From the NCBI RefSeq assembly GCF_001194135.2, contig NC_068982.1, positions 166,903,619 to 166,945,423 of the forward strand: 41,805 bases of DNA, read 5' to 3'. The position numbers and the translations under genes are program-made. A model generated the notes under the pieces. That model ran no database searches. It had not been told where the DNA came from and saw nothing but the letters and a program-made list of their open reading frames with translations. This DNA comes from Octopus bimaculoides. Taxonomy: Eukaryota. Below, in pieces: positions 1 through 12,464 of this stretch (position 1 is its first letter; every line of letters starts with the position of its first letter).

Positions 1-26
1 ATGTATATATATATATATATATATAT

Positions 27-283
27 CATGTGACCGAATAGACTATCAGATGTTACCCATCTCTGGTCACAATGCGCTTTGCATCGGTTTATCCTATGAA
101 TGACGCCACTTAGCAGGCTAGGAGAGTAGGCCAACGTTCCCCACCTCTGATTGAAAGTGGGACTGGAACAATGTGGAATGAAGTGTTTTGCTCAAGAACG
201 CAACGCGCTGTCTGGTCTGGGAATCGAACCCACGATCTAGCGATTGTGGGTGTAAGAGCCTAACCACTAGACCATGCGCCTGC
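27..283 (-). mobile_element. tRNA-derived SINE (head B, tail Z)
   Basis: Minus strand starts GGCGCATGGTCTAGTGGTTAGG (A box), GGGTTCGATTCCC (B box), then core-like TTCTTGAGCAAAACACTT; ends at a (TA)n run. Confidence 0.8.
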
Positions 284-346
284 ATTATGTGCGTGGGTGT
301 GTGTGTGTTTGTGTGTGTGCGTGTGTGTGCGTGTGTGTGTGTACGT

Positions 347-384
<38 letters not shown>

Positions 385-599
385 ACAATCCTATATTTTC
401 TTTTTATGCAGAACGATATAGTGTGGTTTCAAAAAGATTTGGCTGCTAACTCTAGCAGGGAGCAATTATATGATGACTCCGTTGTTCGCTCGTACCATTA
501 ATATTGGTGGTGGCAGTGGTGCTGGTGAGTTGTGGCTGCTGTGATGCGGATGGTGATGATGTTACTATTGTCATGAGTATTAAGTCCCCCAATCAAAAC

Positions 600-1560
600 A
601 TTGCCGCCGTCAAATGATGTTTTAACCAAATGAAACGTTCATCTTCTGAAATAAATAATAGTTGCATATTTAAATATTGACTTGGTAGGTGGAGAAACAT
701 TAGATCTGAAGCTGTGACATGACGTCCGCGGCTTTCCCAAGAGTGGGATTAGTTATTGGTATCTTAACGAAAACAATCCCCTGCAGGGAATTGCAGATTT
801 GCCACCGGGTTTGTATGGCCATATTGTCAAAATAATACAGTAGTAGTAGTATTAGTAGTAGTAGTAGTAGTAGTGGTAGTAGTAGTAGTAGTAGTGGTGG
901 TTGTTGTTGTTGTTGTTGTTACACTATCAGTATCTATGCAAGTAGAGCAATGTCTTGCTGTTTAAAAATTTTTACACTTGTGATTGTTGAAGTGGTCGTG
1001 TAGGATATTTGTATCATACTTTTTACTATATGTATGTGATATGATGTTGTTGTTTTTTTTTAAACCCAAAATCAAGGGATTAATTAGACTTATGAGCAAA
1101 AGGGTTTCTGCCAAGACCATACTGTATCGCTGTTGCGAGCATAGCGTACCAATGACTACGTTGCGCAATGAGTTCTTTCCATTTTTAAAAATGGTGAGAT
1201 TTTAGGAAGATTTGGTAGCTATTTCTTCAACAGGTCTACTGGGGGGTGCCTCGCTGGTGTTCCATGTTTATGTTGAGTGTAATGTACTTTTTCTTTTGTA
1301 TTTTGTATTTTGTTCTTTTGTGATTTGGATAAGAAGAGAAATGATAAATTTGGTAGCAGATAATTTTGTGCAATTGTTTAAAGTTAGCTTTCTATGTGAC
1401 TGATGTAGGGTTGGATGCCTTGGGAATTATAATGTTCTACTTAGGAAATTACATTTATTTTTCATGGGAGTCTAGGGGAAGCCATCTAAGTTAAACAGAG
1501 TGTGTGAGGATAAATCATTGAGGTATTCAATTCACGAAATATCGAAGTCTACTATACTTA
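600..1560 (-). mobile_element. Highly decayed Penelope-like (PLE) reverse transcriptase remnant
   Basis: Collinear degenerate motifs on the minus strand: IGTLCSQQRYSMVLAETLL (cf. MG..AP..A..M..LE..LL), HFNNHKCKNF..DIALL (cf. N...IKFT.E..I.FLD), PYKP, HSFRSNVSPPTKSIF (cf. L.F.S.HP..K.SI). Many stops and frameshifts; recognised by eye only. Confidence 0.4.
838..921. repeat. (AGT)n/(GTT)n microsatellite
   Basis: Read directly. Confidence 0.95.
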
Positions 1561-1597
1561 AATTAGTATATTGTTCTACGGATATGTTTAATATTTT

Positions 1598-1739
1598 CGA
1601 TGTTGTTGTTGTTGTTGTTGTTATTATTATTATTATTATTCCGGTCACTACTTGGAATCGAACTCGGAATCTTGGAGTTAGTAGCCCGCGCTCTTAACTA
1701 CTACGCCATATGCCCACGAGCATATGGCGTAGTGGTTAA
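1598..1739 (-). mobile_element. Short tRNA-derived SINE-like unit with (AAT/AAC)n tail, head-to-head with the start of a second unit
   Basis: Minus: GGGCATATGGCGTAGTAGTTAAGAGCGCGGGCTAC...GAGTTCGATTCC then (AAT)n; inverted head GCATATGGCGTAGTGGTTAA at 1720-1739. Confidence 0.7.
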
Positions 1740-2067
1740 CAACAAACAAGATGAGGACAAATATCCGTCAAATGTAAATAATGTAAATGATTCTTCATCT
1801 CTTAAGTATAGAACTGAAATGCCCTTTATCATCGGTTAGGGCTGACCTAAGACTAAACAACAGCAACAACGACGGTGAATTATACTATCCAAAGCACCAA
1901 CTTAGAAATTGGAGAACATGACCATTGTGAAAGTTAAGTGTTGGACATGGATATACTGTATTTTTCGGTAATAATATATAAAATGCTAAACTCTTAGTCG
2001 TTGTACCTTATGGATTCAACCATTTCCCAAATCATTAATCATCTAAATAACACTTCTTTACGAAGTA

Positions 2068-2331
2068 CACTAATCCCTCGCCATATCGCGGTTCACCTAT
2101 CACGGTTCACCTATCACGGTTCACCTATCACGGTTCACCTATCGTGGTTTATTATTTAAGCTTACGTCGATTCCTCCGTGGTGTTGCTTTACATTTATAA
2201 TAAAATAAATACAAATTATAAAAATAATTAAAAAGAATATACAGTACAGTACTGTTTCTACTTCGCGGATTTTCACCTATCGCGGGGAGGGATTTTGGAA
2301 CGTAACACCCGCGATAGTCGAGGTATTAGTG
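2068..2331. mobile_element. Tc1/mariner-pogo (Tigger-like) MITE
   Basis: TIRs CACTAATCCCTCGCCATATCGCG / CGCGATAGTCGAGGTATTAGTG; TA on the left flank; subterminal GGAACGTAACACCCGCG; internal 14-bp unit x4. Confidence 0.75.
2089..2144. repeat. Tandem repeat CGGTTCACCTATCA x4
   Basis: Read directly; last copy has 1 mismatch. Confidence 0.95.
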
Positions 2332-2827
2332 CATTGTGCATCTGTATTTCTATCTTCTTAGTGAGGGCTTTAGTGATTGATTTGAGAAATGCGTTTGAGA
2401 AGGCAGTTTGCTTATTGCTGGAGTATATTACTTGAGGTTATTATGACATGTGGTAAGGTATAACCGTTGTTTTAGTTGATATGTTTCAATATAGTGTTTT
2501 ATTGCTTGTTTTAAATATTTTCTGAGATGTAAATAATGTTTGCCAGCTTCCTCTTTGCTTTGGTTTATTTATTTGATATTTTGCTACTTCAGTATTTTGA
2601 TTCCGGGATTTATTTTCATGGTTTGAGGTGGTGGCGTGTTTTATTTTGCCTAAGTTGGATATTTCATATGTATAACAGGAGCTGTACAGTTACTTTTTAA
2701 TTCTATTTATCTATTTGTTTTATGTGTTGTAGGAAATGATTTGGAGGAACTCTTACAGTTATATCGCTGTGTTTATGTATCTATGTTGGGTGTTAAAATG
2801 TGTGTGTAGAATGTTTACATATTTTAA

Positions 2828-3033
2828 GGCGGCGAGCTGGCAGAACCCTTAGCGCACCAGGCAAAATGCTCAGCGGCCTGTCGTCCATCCTTACGTTCTG
2901 AGTTGAAATTTCAAGGAGGTTGACTTTGACTTTCATCCTTTCAGAGTCGATTAAATAAGTACCAGTTACGAACTGGGGTCGAGGTAATCGACTTACAACC
3001 TCCAGCCTTGTGCCTATTGTAGAAAAGATTATA
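2828..3033 (+). mobile_element. Abundant ~210-bp SINE (family starting GGCGGCGAGCTGGCAGAA)
   Basis: Same sequence recurs at least 8 times in the window; B-box-like GAGTT(C/G)AAATT. Confidence 0.85.
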
Positions 3034-3106
3034 TTAACACGTTTCGTATTAGTGATTTTTATATTTAATTTTTTACTTTTCTTGTGTTAATCTAGTATGT
3101 TGCTTT

Positions 3107-3275
3107 GTCGATTCCTCTGTGGTGTTGTTTTGCATTTATAATAAAATAAATATATACAAATCATAAAAATAATTTTATAAATATACAGTACAGTACTGTT
3201 TCTACTTCGCGGATTTTCATCTATCGCGGGGAGGGGTTTTGGAACGTAACACCCGCGATAGTCGAGAGATTACCT
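3107..3275. mobile_element. Second, partial copy of the Tigger-like MITE
   Basis: Near-identical to 2167..2331 (GTCGATTCCTC...TACAGTACAGTACTGTTTCTACTTCGCGG...CCCGCGATAGTCGAG). Confidence 0.8.
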
Positions 3276-3291
3276 TATTGTGCATCTGTAT

Positions 3292-3690
3292 CAGGGACGT
3301 TCTGTCTAGATAGGCAAAGTAGGCAGTGCCTACCTTGGATAAAATAGATCGATAGCAATATTTTCTTTTCATTGTAAAATATTCACCTAATTCAATAAAA
3401 TCATGAAGGTTACTCTGATTACTATGTATAAAATGCAAAATATTTTTTTATAGATTAGGCAGGCATAGTTCACCCCTGCTTTTCAATCTCAATATTTAAG
3501 CTACGCATAATACTACTGTAGTACACTTGCCGCGTACATTCCTACAACAACGTTTTCTTTACGTATTATAAAGGCAGAAGTAAATCTGCCTACAACTCAG
3601 TCGCGCGCTTGTTTCGCTTATTTTTTTGTGTTTTACTACTTAAAGGCCACCAACTGCCTACCCTGAGTAATTACTGACGGCACGTGCCTG
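3292..3690. mobile_element. hAT-type MITE with 8-bp TSD
   Basis: TIRs CAGGGACGTTCTGTC / GACGGCACGTGCCTG; TSD ATCTGTAT (3284-91) / ACCTGTAT (3691-98); single ATCTGTAT at the paralogous empty site 2340-47. Confidence 0.8.
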
Positions 3691-4080
3691 ACCTGTATTT
3701 CTATCTTCTTAGAGAGAGCTTTACTGATTGATTTGAGTGTTCAAGTATTGTTGGAGTCTCCATGTAACGGATGCATATTATCTTAGTTATAAGATCCAAA
3801 TTATAGTTTTACCTATTATACATTATTAGGGATAATGTATGGGATTTAGGGATTTATTATGGGTTCAGGTGTTGGTTTCTTTATAGTAACGTTGTGGGTT
3901 CGCTTCATGGACCAGGTTGCTGCATTGCGTCCTTGTGCAAGGTACCTTATTTCATGTTGTTACGGTAGCAGTGGGCGGGAGGCAACTTTGCGACAAACTT
4001 ATATACCGTGTAGAGGGAAAATCCTGATTGTTAATGTCTTGAGCACCCCGATCCTATCTTGATAGGACTTCTGTATGGGC

Positions 4081-4145
4081 GACTTGTGTGCCAGACTTGT
4101 GTGCCAGACTTGTGTGCCAGACTTGTGTGCCAGACTTGTGCGCCA
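4081..4145. repeat. Tandem repeat GACTTGTGTGCCA x5
   Basis: Read directly; last copy has 1 substitution. Confidence 0.95.
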
Positions 4146-4271
4146 GAAGTAGTTTTCAAAATTTCGATTGGGAAATTTTTCGATTCAAGGTGCACCTCTC
4201 TCTGGCCGGCCAACTGAGATTAACTACGACAAAATGGAGTTTGTTGACACCAACCCCCACTTTATACACTA

Positions 4272-4665
4272 GAAGTGTCCAGCACTTGCTAATTGTAAGT
4301 GTATCTTTCGTCACGACAATGCCAGAACGTGGCAGAAGTTACTGGGGCTTGGCCAAGTTTTGTCGCACCCTTCATATTCACCCGATATTGCGCCTTCTAA
4401 TTTCCACACGCTTCGGTCTCTTCAGAATTCATTGAATAGACAATCCTTCAACACCGAAGAAGGTGTCAAAATTTACCTTGAAGAGTTTTTCACCAGTAAA
4501 GACAGAACATTCTTTGAGCAGAGAATAATAGATTTACTCACAAGATGTCAGAAAATACTCGAAGCAGTACTTATACCATTGATTGAATAAATCGCTTGGT
4601 GTTTAAAATTTGTATCTTATCTTCGTTAGAAAATAAAACCGAACGGATTTATTGGCCAACTCTGT
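4272..4665 (+). mobile_element. Mariner transposon 3' fragment (decayed transposase + 3' TIR)
   Basis: KCPALANCKCIFRHDNAR..LSHPSYSPDIAPSNFHTLRSLQNSL...FFEQRIIDLLTRCQK matches mariner HDNARPH and HPPYSPDLAPSD motifs; end resembles a mariner TIR (GGATTTATTGGCCAAC). Confidence 0.88.
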
Positions 4666-4716
4666 ATGTATCTTTGTATGTATGCATGTATGTATGTATG
4701 TATGTATGTATGTATG

Positions 4717-4751
<35 letters not shown>

Positions 4752-4765
4752 TTATCTATCTATTT
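4663..4765. repeat. (TATG)n/(TCTA)n compound microsatellite
   Basis: Read directly. Confidence 0.95.
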
Positions 4766-5441
4766 CGCAAGACTTCCCTACGCCATTTATGCTTTCTATC
4801 GAGGAAGCTCTCTCTCTATTCTCTCCTAAATACCACCGACACAACTGCCAGTAAAAGTACCACAACCACCGATTTCAATTTTATGAGTTCACTTGCACCC
4901 AGCTTTGAGTTTACGTGTTACACGTTCATATGAGTGAATGCAAGTCAATGGAAGAGAGCGTGATGTCTTAGACATAGACACCAATCTCTTTGGGGGGGGG
5001 GGGAATATATTCGCCCATGTGCACGTGCGCACGTAGACCACAAACCATTCGCATATAAACTTCACATACACATGATCACACACACATACACCATGCAAGG
5101 ATGTGCATAAACGCAAACATACGCAAAATATATACAAAGAACGAAAGGCAGAGACATATGTGTGTGTGTATACGAGAGAAAGAGGGAGGGAGGGGAGAGA
5201 TATGCGAAAGGGCGAGAGATGTGAACGTGTGGAAAAAATGTGTTTATATGTGGAGCACGGTAGAGTATTAGCCTGACTCCATCAAGTTGTATATACCATA
5301 AAATAAACACAATACTAAGGTTACATTCTGCTCAACACCGACACACGCACAAACACACGTATGCACACATACATACACACACACAAACATACATACATAT
5401 ATGTGTTTACAAGTATGCCTGTATAATAAATAAATAAATAA

Positions 5442-5479
<38 letters not shown>

Positions 5480-5625
5480 TTATATAAGCAGTTTTAGGCC
5501 GACGTCATCAAAAACACGACAGTCTATATATTTTACTGGTTTATATGATATAGGAGGAAAAGTTGAAGAGGCAGTGAAAGTATATTCAAGTGTACATAAT
5601 GCATGTACGCGCATGTGTGTCTGAG

Positions 5626-5665
<40 letters not shown>

Positions 5666-7182
5666 AGATTGAGAAAGATAGGGAGGGATACAGAGGGAGA
5701 GAGAGAGGGGTGATAGAGAGTGAGAGAACGTCTACACAAGTTTGTGAATGTAGATCTTTATATACTTTTTATTTATTTTGGGGGTTTTAAGTTGCAATCC
5801 TAGACTACCGCTGACTATTAAATCTGCATTGAGTGCCGTAAGAAAGACACATACAAAGAAAACTTATATCAACACATTGAAGCACTCATGCTCAAACACA
5901 TACACACAAACATGCCAACATACATACATACATACATACATACATACATACATACATACATACATACATACATAAACGTACGTTCATATACGCTAACATC
6001 AGCTGTTTAAGTTCTGTTGATCATATAAAATAACCTACCGATGATGCAAAATATGATGACTATTTCAGTTCGGATGGTTTAGATTCAAATTTCAATCTTA
6101 AATATTCACCAGAGGAATTTTCTGTACACTTATATAACATTTTGTCTTTCTGTTGATGTTGTTCAGAATTAGGACGTTTCTGAAGTTCTCGGAGCGATAA
6201 AATGTTCACATTACCGTTTAAAGATAGAATGACAGATTTCATTTAAACGACTATTTTTTCTATTCAAATTTGAAAGATTTTACTTGTTATAATCCAATTT
6301 TGACTTTATCATTTATCCCCCTCAAGTTCGCTAAAAGAGAAATTGATATAGCTTAAATAGATGGCAGAATGGACTAAACAGAACAGGAGGAGATACGTGG
6401 AATGGAGAGTTGCTGAAGAGGTCACAGGAGGTGTGACGGGAGATTTTGAGGCAGAGGATAGTAAAATAAGAGTAATAAATCTGAAGGTAGAGTCGATTGT
6501 TATAGATTAAATAGATGAAAGTGACAAGGAAAGTTCAAATGAAAGGGTTTGCTTTGAATATGCAACTGTAGATTGACGGAAGAGGACAGGGCGAGGGGAT
6601 TTGCTCTAGTGGTCAAGGGAACCGTAGTTTTGTAGGATCTCCACATGCAGCCATCGGAGGTGTGTCCCCTCCACTTCTGGGAATCTATCTTTTGTTTGAG
6701 TTTTTTGTTTGTTTCTTCCTTTTTTTTTACTGTTTATGTAACCCCCACATTGTATTGCTCTGTACCACTTTAGCATGCCCGGCATGCTAACGATTCTGCC
6801 AGCAAACCGCCTTAGATTGAATAAATATTGCGAGGCATTTTATTCAACCCGCTCACGGTTCTGCCAATTGATGTAAATGCTGTTCAACACTCGATTTGAA
6901 TATTTGGCGAATATCTGCGATCATCCTGGTCGTGTAACGGAGTCTGATGTCGATAAACTCTGTTTTATTGCAGTTAATCTCAGCTGGCCGGCTAGAGTGA
7001 GGCCCGGAAAAAACGTTTACACACACTCACAGACGCGCGCACACACACACACATTTATGACTACACCAGCGACTACGAGTACCTCGACTACTTCTGATGT
7101 TACAATTACAGCCATCACTGAAATCATGACTATAAAAGCGGTGATTGTAAAAGGCTATCATTTATGGTCGTAAATTCTATGA

Positions 7183-7548
7183 CAGGGACTCTCAGCCATT
7201 TTTTTTTATTTATGGAACCCTTTGATTATTATTTTATTCCGGTGGACCCCCTATAGCCATTCGATGTCTAAAGGTTAGTTGTATGGATACTTCTTTCAAA
7301 ATCCCTATTTGTTTTTCACACACTCACTTCCATAGGTTGAACTATGTAAAATGAGAAAGAAACCTTGTCGTTTCTTGCAATACATACCAATATATACATT
7401 TAAAGCAAAAGTTTTCAGGGGGGGGGGCCTTAAAATATTATTTTGGGATCGTATACTATTGTGGATAGTTTACTATTTTGTTGTGTGGACGACCCAAAAT
7501 CTTATATGAACTCTCGGGGGCCATATGGACCCCTGTTGAAAACCACTG
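7183..7548. mobile_element. hAT (Charlie-like) MITE with perfect 8-bp TSD
   Basis: TSD TTCTATGA at 7175-82 and 7549-56; termini CAGGGACTCTCAGCC / GTTGAAAACCACTG. Confidence 0.85.
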
Positions 7549-8103
7549 TTCTATGACATTCTCCTCTCAAAGACACGATAATCTGTGACACGTGACATAA
7601 CTATCTCGCGTTGGGATTCAAACAAATCGACTGAGAGGATGACGTAAAGTGACGTCTTCAGCACAAACGTTGTCCTCGTCACACCCAAACAGTGTCACCT
7701 TATCACATTCTTCAGCATTTTCGGAAACATCTGTAAAGAATTTTAACTCGTTCCTGTCACCCCTTCCGTCTCCTTTACCTTCCAGTTTCCTTAACCCATC
7801 GACTCCCATACTCTTCTCCCCCACTTTACCTTCCCTTTCTTGTTTCCTTTATCATCCACCCTACTCCTCATACTATTACTGCCGCTTACTACTACTACTA
7901 CTACTACTACAAAGCGAATCATACAGATGGGAGTTATAAAACATGTTGAGATGTACATACATACATACATACATGCATACATACATTGAAGGGGCGGAGG
8001 GAGAGTGCTGGGTCGAGATGATACTAGACTCCATGTGAAGGAGGTCAGCTCTGATTGCGAAGACCTACCAACAAACGAGTTTTGGCCGTGGTCATCACAT
8101 CTA

Positions 8104-8147
<44 letters not shown>

Positions 8148-8569
8148 NNNNNNNNNNNNNNNNNNNNNNNNNNNNNNNNNNNNNNNNNNNNNNNNNNNNN
8201 NNNNNNNNNNNNNNNNNNNNNNNNNNNNNNNNNNNNNNNNNNNNNNNNNNNNNNNNNNNNNNNNNNNNNNNNNNNNNNNNNNNNNNNNNNNNNNNNNNNN
8301 NNNNNNNNNNNNNNNNNNNNNNNNNNNNNNNNNNNNNNNNNNNNNNNNNNNNNNNNNNNNNNNNNNNNNNNNNNNNNNNNNNNNNNNNNNNNNNNNNNNN
8401 NNNNNNNNNNNNNNNNNNNNNNNNNNNNNNNNATATATATATATATATATAACGTGGATATTTTATTAGAACTCTGAATATTCCAGTATTCGTCTTGAGA
8501 GGTCCTTTCATATGGACACACACTGCATAAAAGCGTACATATTTGTATTATTGGCAAACGAGAATCGTC

Positions 8570-8787
8570 TGCTATGGGCGCCGGAACTTCCAGAACACTT
8601 GATTTCAACGTACTGCGCCTCGTCGGTAACAGCTGCCCGCTCACCGCATACCAGTCAAATTTTACTAATAATTATGTTTTAAAAACCCGTCGCTGACCGT
8701 GAGATTTGGCTGGTATTGAGTCAGTGGACATCTGTTACTGAAGAGACGCAGTACGTCGATATCACGTCAGTTCCGGCTCCCATAGCA
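8570..8787. mobile_element. Fold-back MITE-like element
   Basis: Long imperfect inverted repeats TGCTATGGGCGCCGGAACT..ACGTACTGCGCCTC / GAGACGCAGTACGT..AGTTCCGGCTCCCATAGCA plus inner ATACCAGTCAAAT / ATTTGGCTGGTAT. Confidence 0.6.
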
Positions 8788-10057
8788 TGAAAATAAAAAT
8801 TTAAAATGTCTGAATGAATGATTATCCTCAAGGTACGAGTTAGACTGAAACCAACAAATTCTAGTTGAATAGTAAATTAAATAAATTTTTTAAAATCTTA
8901 TTCAACTTTCATAGGCGACAAGGTAACAGCTTTGAAAAGGTCTCACGGTTCTTGTTCCAATTTTCTCTGCTCTGAGTTCAAACCCTGCCAAGGTTTTCTT
9001 TGCATTTCATCCTTTTAGGAACGATAGTAAAGTATCAATCTAAGATGATTGATTGGTAGAACTGTAAGAACTTGATGCCTTGTGCTATTTGTTCCGGGTT
9101 TTTGCGTTCTGAATTCAAATGCCGCCGCGGCCACCAGTCCTGAATGCACTATCTTCACTCCAAAAGAAATGCTTTTAAAATGTCATAAGAGTCTTGCTTA
9201 ACAAGTGGTGATGAATAAATCTGAAGTGGATCTTCTATCAAAACAATTAAAACCCTTCTGAAAATCTCTTCTAATTAAGGCCTTTAATGAGATAATGTAC
9301 GGCAGTGAAATCTAATGTTCAGTATCTAATCGCAAGTTTACGTAATTATAGAGTTAAAGAATGAAAATGTGTAACGTTTATGTCGTCCCAGAGACATTAG
9401 CAATATGAATAAAATAAATTAGCTCTAAGGAAGAATCGAAACCTTTTGTGCGGTTTTGTGCTTGCCATCCTCTACAACACGTGTAACAATAAAACCTGAC
9501 ACAAATGAAGGTTAATGGAGTGCGAGGGAGGCGGAACAAAGCAAGAAGCTGCTCAAATATGGCTGCTTCATTAAAGAGACATTGCGATGGTTTTCGGATA
9601 TATATCTCAGAAAACGGCAGTGTGCCATCTTAACTGCAGCCCTCAAGCTGAAACTAGTAAAAGAAAATACACACGGACACACACGCAACCACACAAACAC
9701 ACATACACACACATTCACACACAAACACATACATACAAACACACGCACATACACGAACACACACACACAAACACATCCTCTACTAGAGCTATCATATAAT
9801 ATAAAAAGAAAGTCTAAAAAATACGCAGGAATACCTGCTGCAGGAAACTTAATCGTAAAGTAGCATAAAATCACAACCTTTAGTAATGAGAGGAATTATT
9901 TCCTAAGTGAATAATTCTGGTCAGAAAAGGCAAAAAAAAGACAGCTCGGAAAATCAATTAATTTTAATTAATTAAATATAGAATGTAGAGAGATACAGCA
10001 GTGTGGTGACAATTCTGGGTAGGTTTTGGTCTTACTAGACCTCCTCAGTAAAACCGT

Positions 10058-10446
10058 TGTTGTTGTTGTTGGCATCCGTCGCTTACGACGTCGAGGGTTC
10101 CAATTGATCCGATCAACGGAACAGCCTGCTCGTGAAATTAACGTGCAAGTGGCTGAGCACTCCACAGACACGTGTACCCTTAACGTAGTTCTCGGGGATA
10201 TTCAGCGTGACACAGTGTGACAAGGCTGACCCTTTGAATTACAGGCACAACAGAAAGAGGAAGAAAGAGTGAGAGAAAGTTGTGGTGAAAGAGTACAGCA
10301 GGGTTCACCACCATCCCCTGCCGGAGCCTCGTGGAGCTTTAGATGTTTTCGCTCAATAAACATTCACAACGCCCGGTCTGGGAATCGAAACTGCGATCCT
10401 ATGACCGCGAGTCTGCTGCCCTAACCACTGGGCCATTGCGCCTCCA
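10058..10446 (-). mobile_element. Full-length tRNA-derived SINE (head A, tail X) with 14-bp TSD
   Basis: Head GGAGGCGCAATGGCCCAGTGGTTAGGG..GTTTCGATTCCC; (CAA)n tail; TSD CTCAGTAAAACCGT at 10044-57 and 10447-60. Confidence 0.92.
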
Positions 10447-12076
10447 CTCAGTAAAACCGTAGCCTGAATGTTACTGCAGATCTTAGATGACTAGAAAAGC
10501 ATACTGTTGTGAATCAACACAGGGTTGAGTGGCATGGTAAACTGAAATAATAAGTTTGCATAGTTGCTGTCTTACATTGTAACAATAAATCTTTTCAGAT
10601 GCTTTCAAAAGAAAGTGTTCATCCCAGTTATTTTAGGAATTGTTACAGTATTTCACGGATGAGTGAAGTGACAAGCTTTCGGTTTATTTAATGAAATTCA
10701 TGAAATAAGTTCGAGAGATAATGTACATTCTGACATTTCGCGCTTGGACTATCTTCGAATAAATGAGTAAAAAATTTTTAGTCCTCTCGTACTTTAGTTT
10801 TTTTCTTCTTTCCTTTACACTTACATTGTGTGCCTCGATTTGTTGTTGTTGTTGCGGTGGTGGTGGTTGTTGTGGTCGTGGTCATCGTCGTGGTCGTCGT
10901 CATCGTCGCCGTGATCGTGGTGGTGGTGGTGGTGGTGGTGGTGACTGCGGCAGCAGCGGCGGCGGTGGCGATGTGGTTTAGCACCAGGTCAACCTTGAAC
11001 GAGTAATCCTATGATCCGATACGTTTCAACTGTTACCATCCTGTATTTGTGTATATCTAGGACATGTCTATCTAGGTTTTGTTGCAATTGCTGCTACTGC
11101 AACTGTTGCTGCTGCATCTGCTACTACTGCAGTTGCTGCTACTGCTGCTGCTGCTCCTGTCCCTGCTGCTGCTCTTGCTGTTGCTGTGGTTGATGTTCTT
11201 TAACTTAACATCAGGCGTGATCGAGTAGATCTTTGACCAAAAGGGTTCCCGCTCTGAGCATCCTTTATTTTATTTATCTGTGACTATATTATCCAATGTT
11301 CCCTTTTTTTAACACCAACTGGGCGTGGTTTGGCTGCTGTTTCTAGCAAGCTGAGTGACTACGTAAAGGCTATTTCATTCTCTTTGTTAATATGAATAGA
11401 AAAGGCTATCTCTGCTATTCAAGCGTTTCCCTTCGACGAGATCTTTCATACTTACATTTCTGTAACTAGTCGAGCATATATTTCCTGTTGAAACTTTAGA
11501 TACTTCTTCCTCTGCATACTTTTCCATCTTAATATCCATTGATTGAAAATTTCATATCAACCACCAACGGATTGTTTATGTACGGATTCTTTATGTAACT
11601 GTATAGGGTTTTTCATAAACTATAATGCATAGGGTTTTTCATAAATTATGATACTCTAGACTGGAAAATTAACTTCCGGTAAGCCGACTTTAAAAAGCTG
11701 GTTTCGATTGTTTCTTATTTAGTTTACTTCACAACCCTTCACGTGCATAGCCCATGCTCTTCGATAGGTAAACCACATCATACCATTCATTTATACATTC
11801 TTTGAATTCAGTGAAACCAATTTCCAATTGATGAGTACCGTTGATAGTAGTTATGCAGAAGATAAATTTTAAAATATAATGCTATATTTCTGTGTTTCTT
11901 TTCTATTCTGTTTATCTAATTGGAAAATAAATGCTTAACGGAAGGACCATAACAAAAAACGATAAAACAGTAATGTTTTTTCGATCTGTAATTTCCGGTT
12001 ACTTCTGTGCTACTGGTCTCTGCCAGCATATCCTTATCAGCATATCTCAACAACAACGACAGTTATTTGATGCTAT

Positions 12077-12077
<1 letters not shown>

Positions 12078-12128
<51 letters not shown>
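12078..12128. repeat. (GAT)n microsatellite running into a gap
   Basis: Read directly. Confidence 0.95.
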
Positions 12129-12393
12129 NNNNNNNNNNNNNNNNNNNNNNNNNNNNNNNNNNNNNNNNNNNNNNNNNNNNNNNNNNNNNNNNNNNNNNNN
12201 NNNNNNNNNNNNNNNNNNNNNNNNNNNNNNNNNNNNNNNNNNNNNNNNNNNNNNNNNNNNNNNNNNNNNNNNNNNNNNGGAGGAGGAGGAGGAGGAGGAG
12301 CATGTTGCAGTTGCCGCTGCTGTTTATTCCAAGGTCAGTTCTGATTGAGAAGACCTATGAACAGACATTCTATTCATGGCCATCCCGTTTTAT

Positions 12394-12464
<71 letters not shown>
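12394..12464. repeat. (GATA)n microsatellite
   Basis: Read directly. Confidence 0.95.

Noticed and set aside
6060-6242. 60-aa minus-strand ORF
   Set aside because: Short, no domain, no convincing splice pair; expected by chance.
10370-10446. SINE heads (also 210-283, 1640-1715, 21727-21800) as tRNA genes
   Set aside because: A and B boxes are present, but each continues into a SINE body or simple-repeat tail, some with TSDs; no convincing full cloverleaf.
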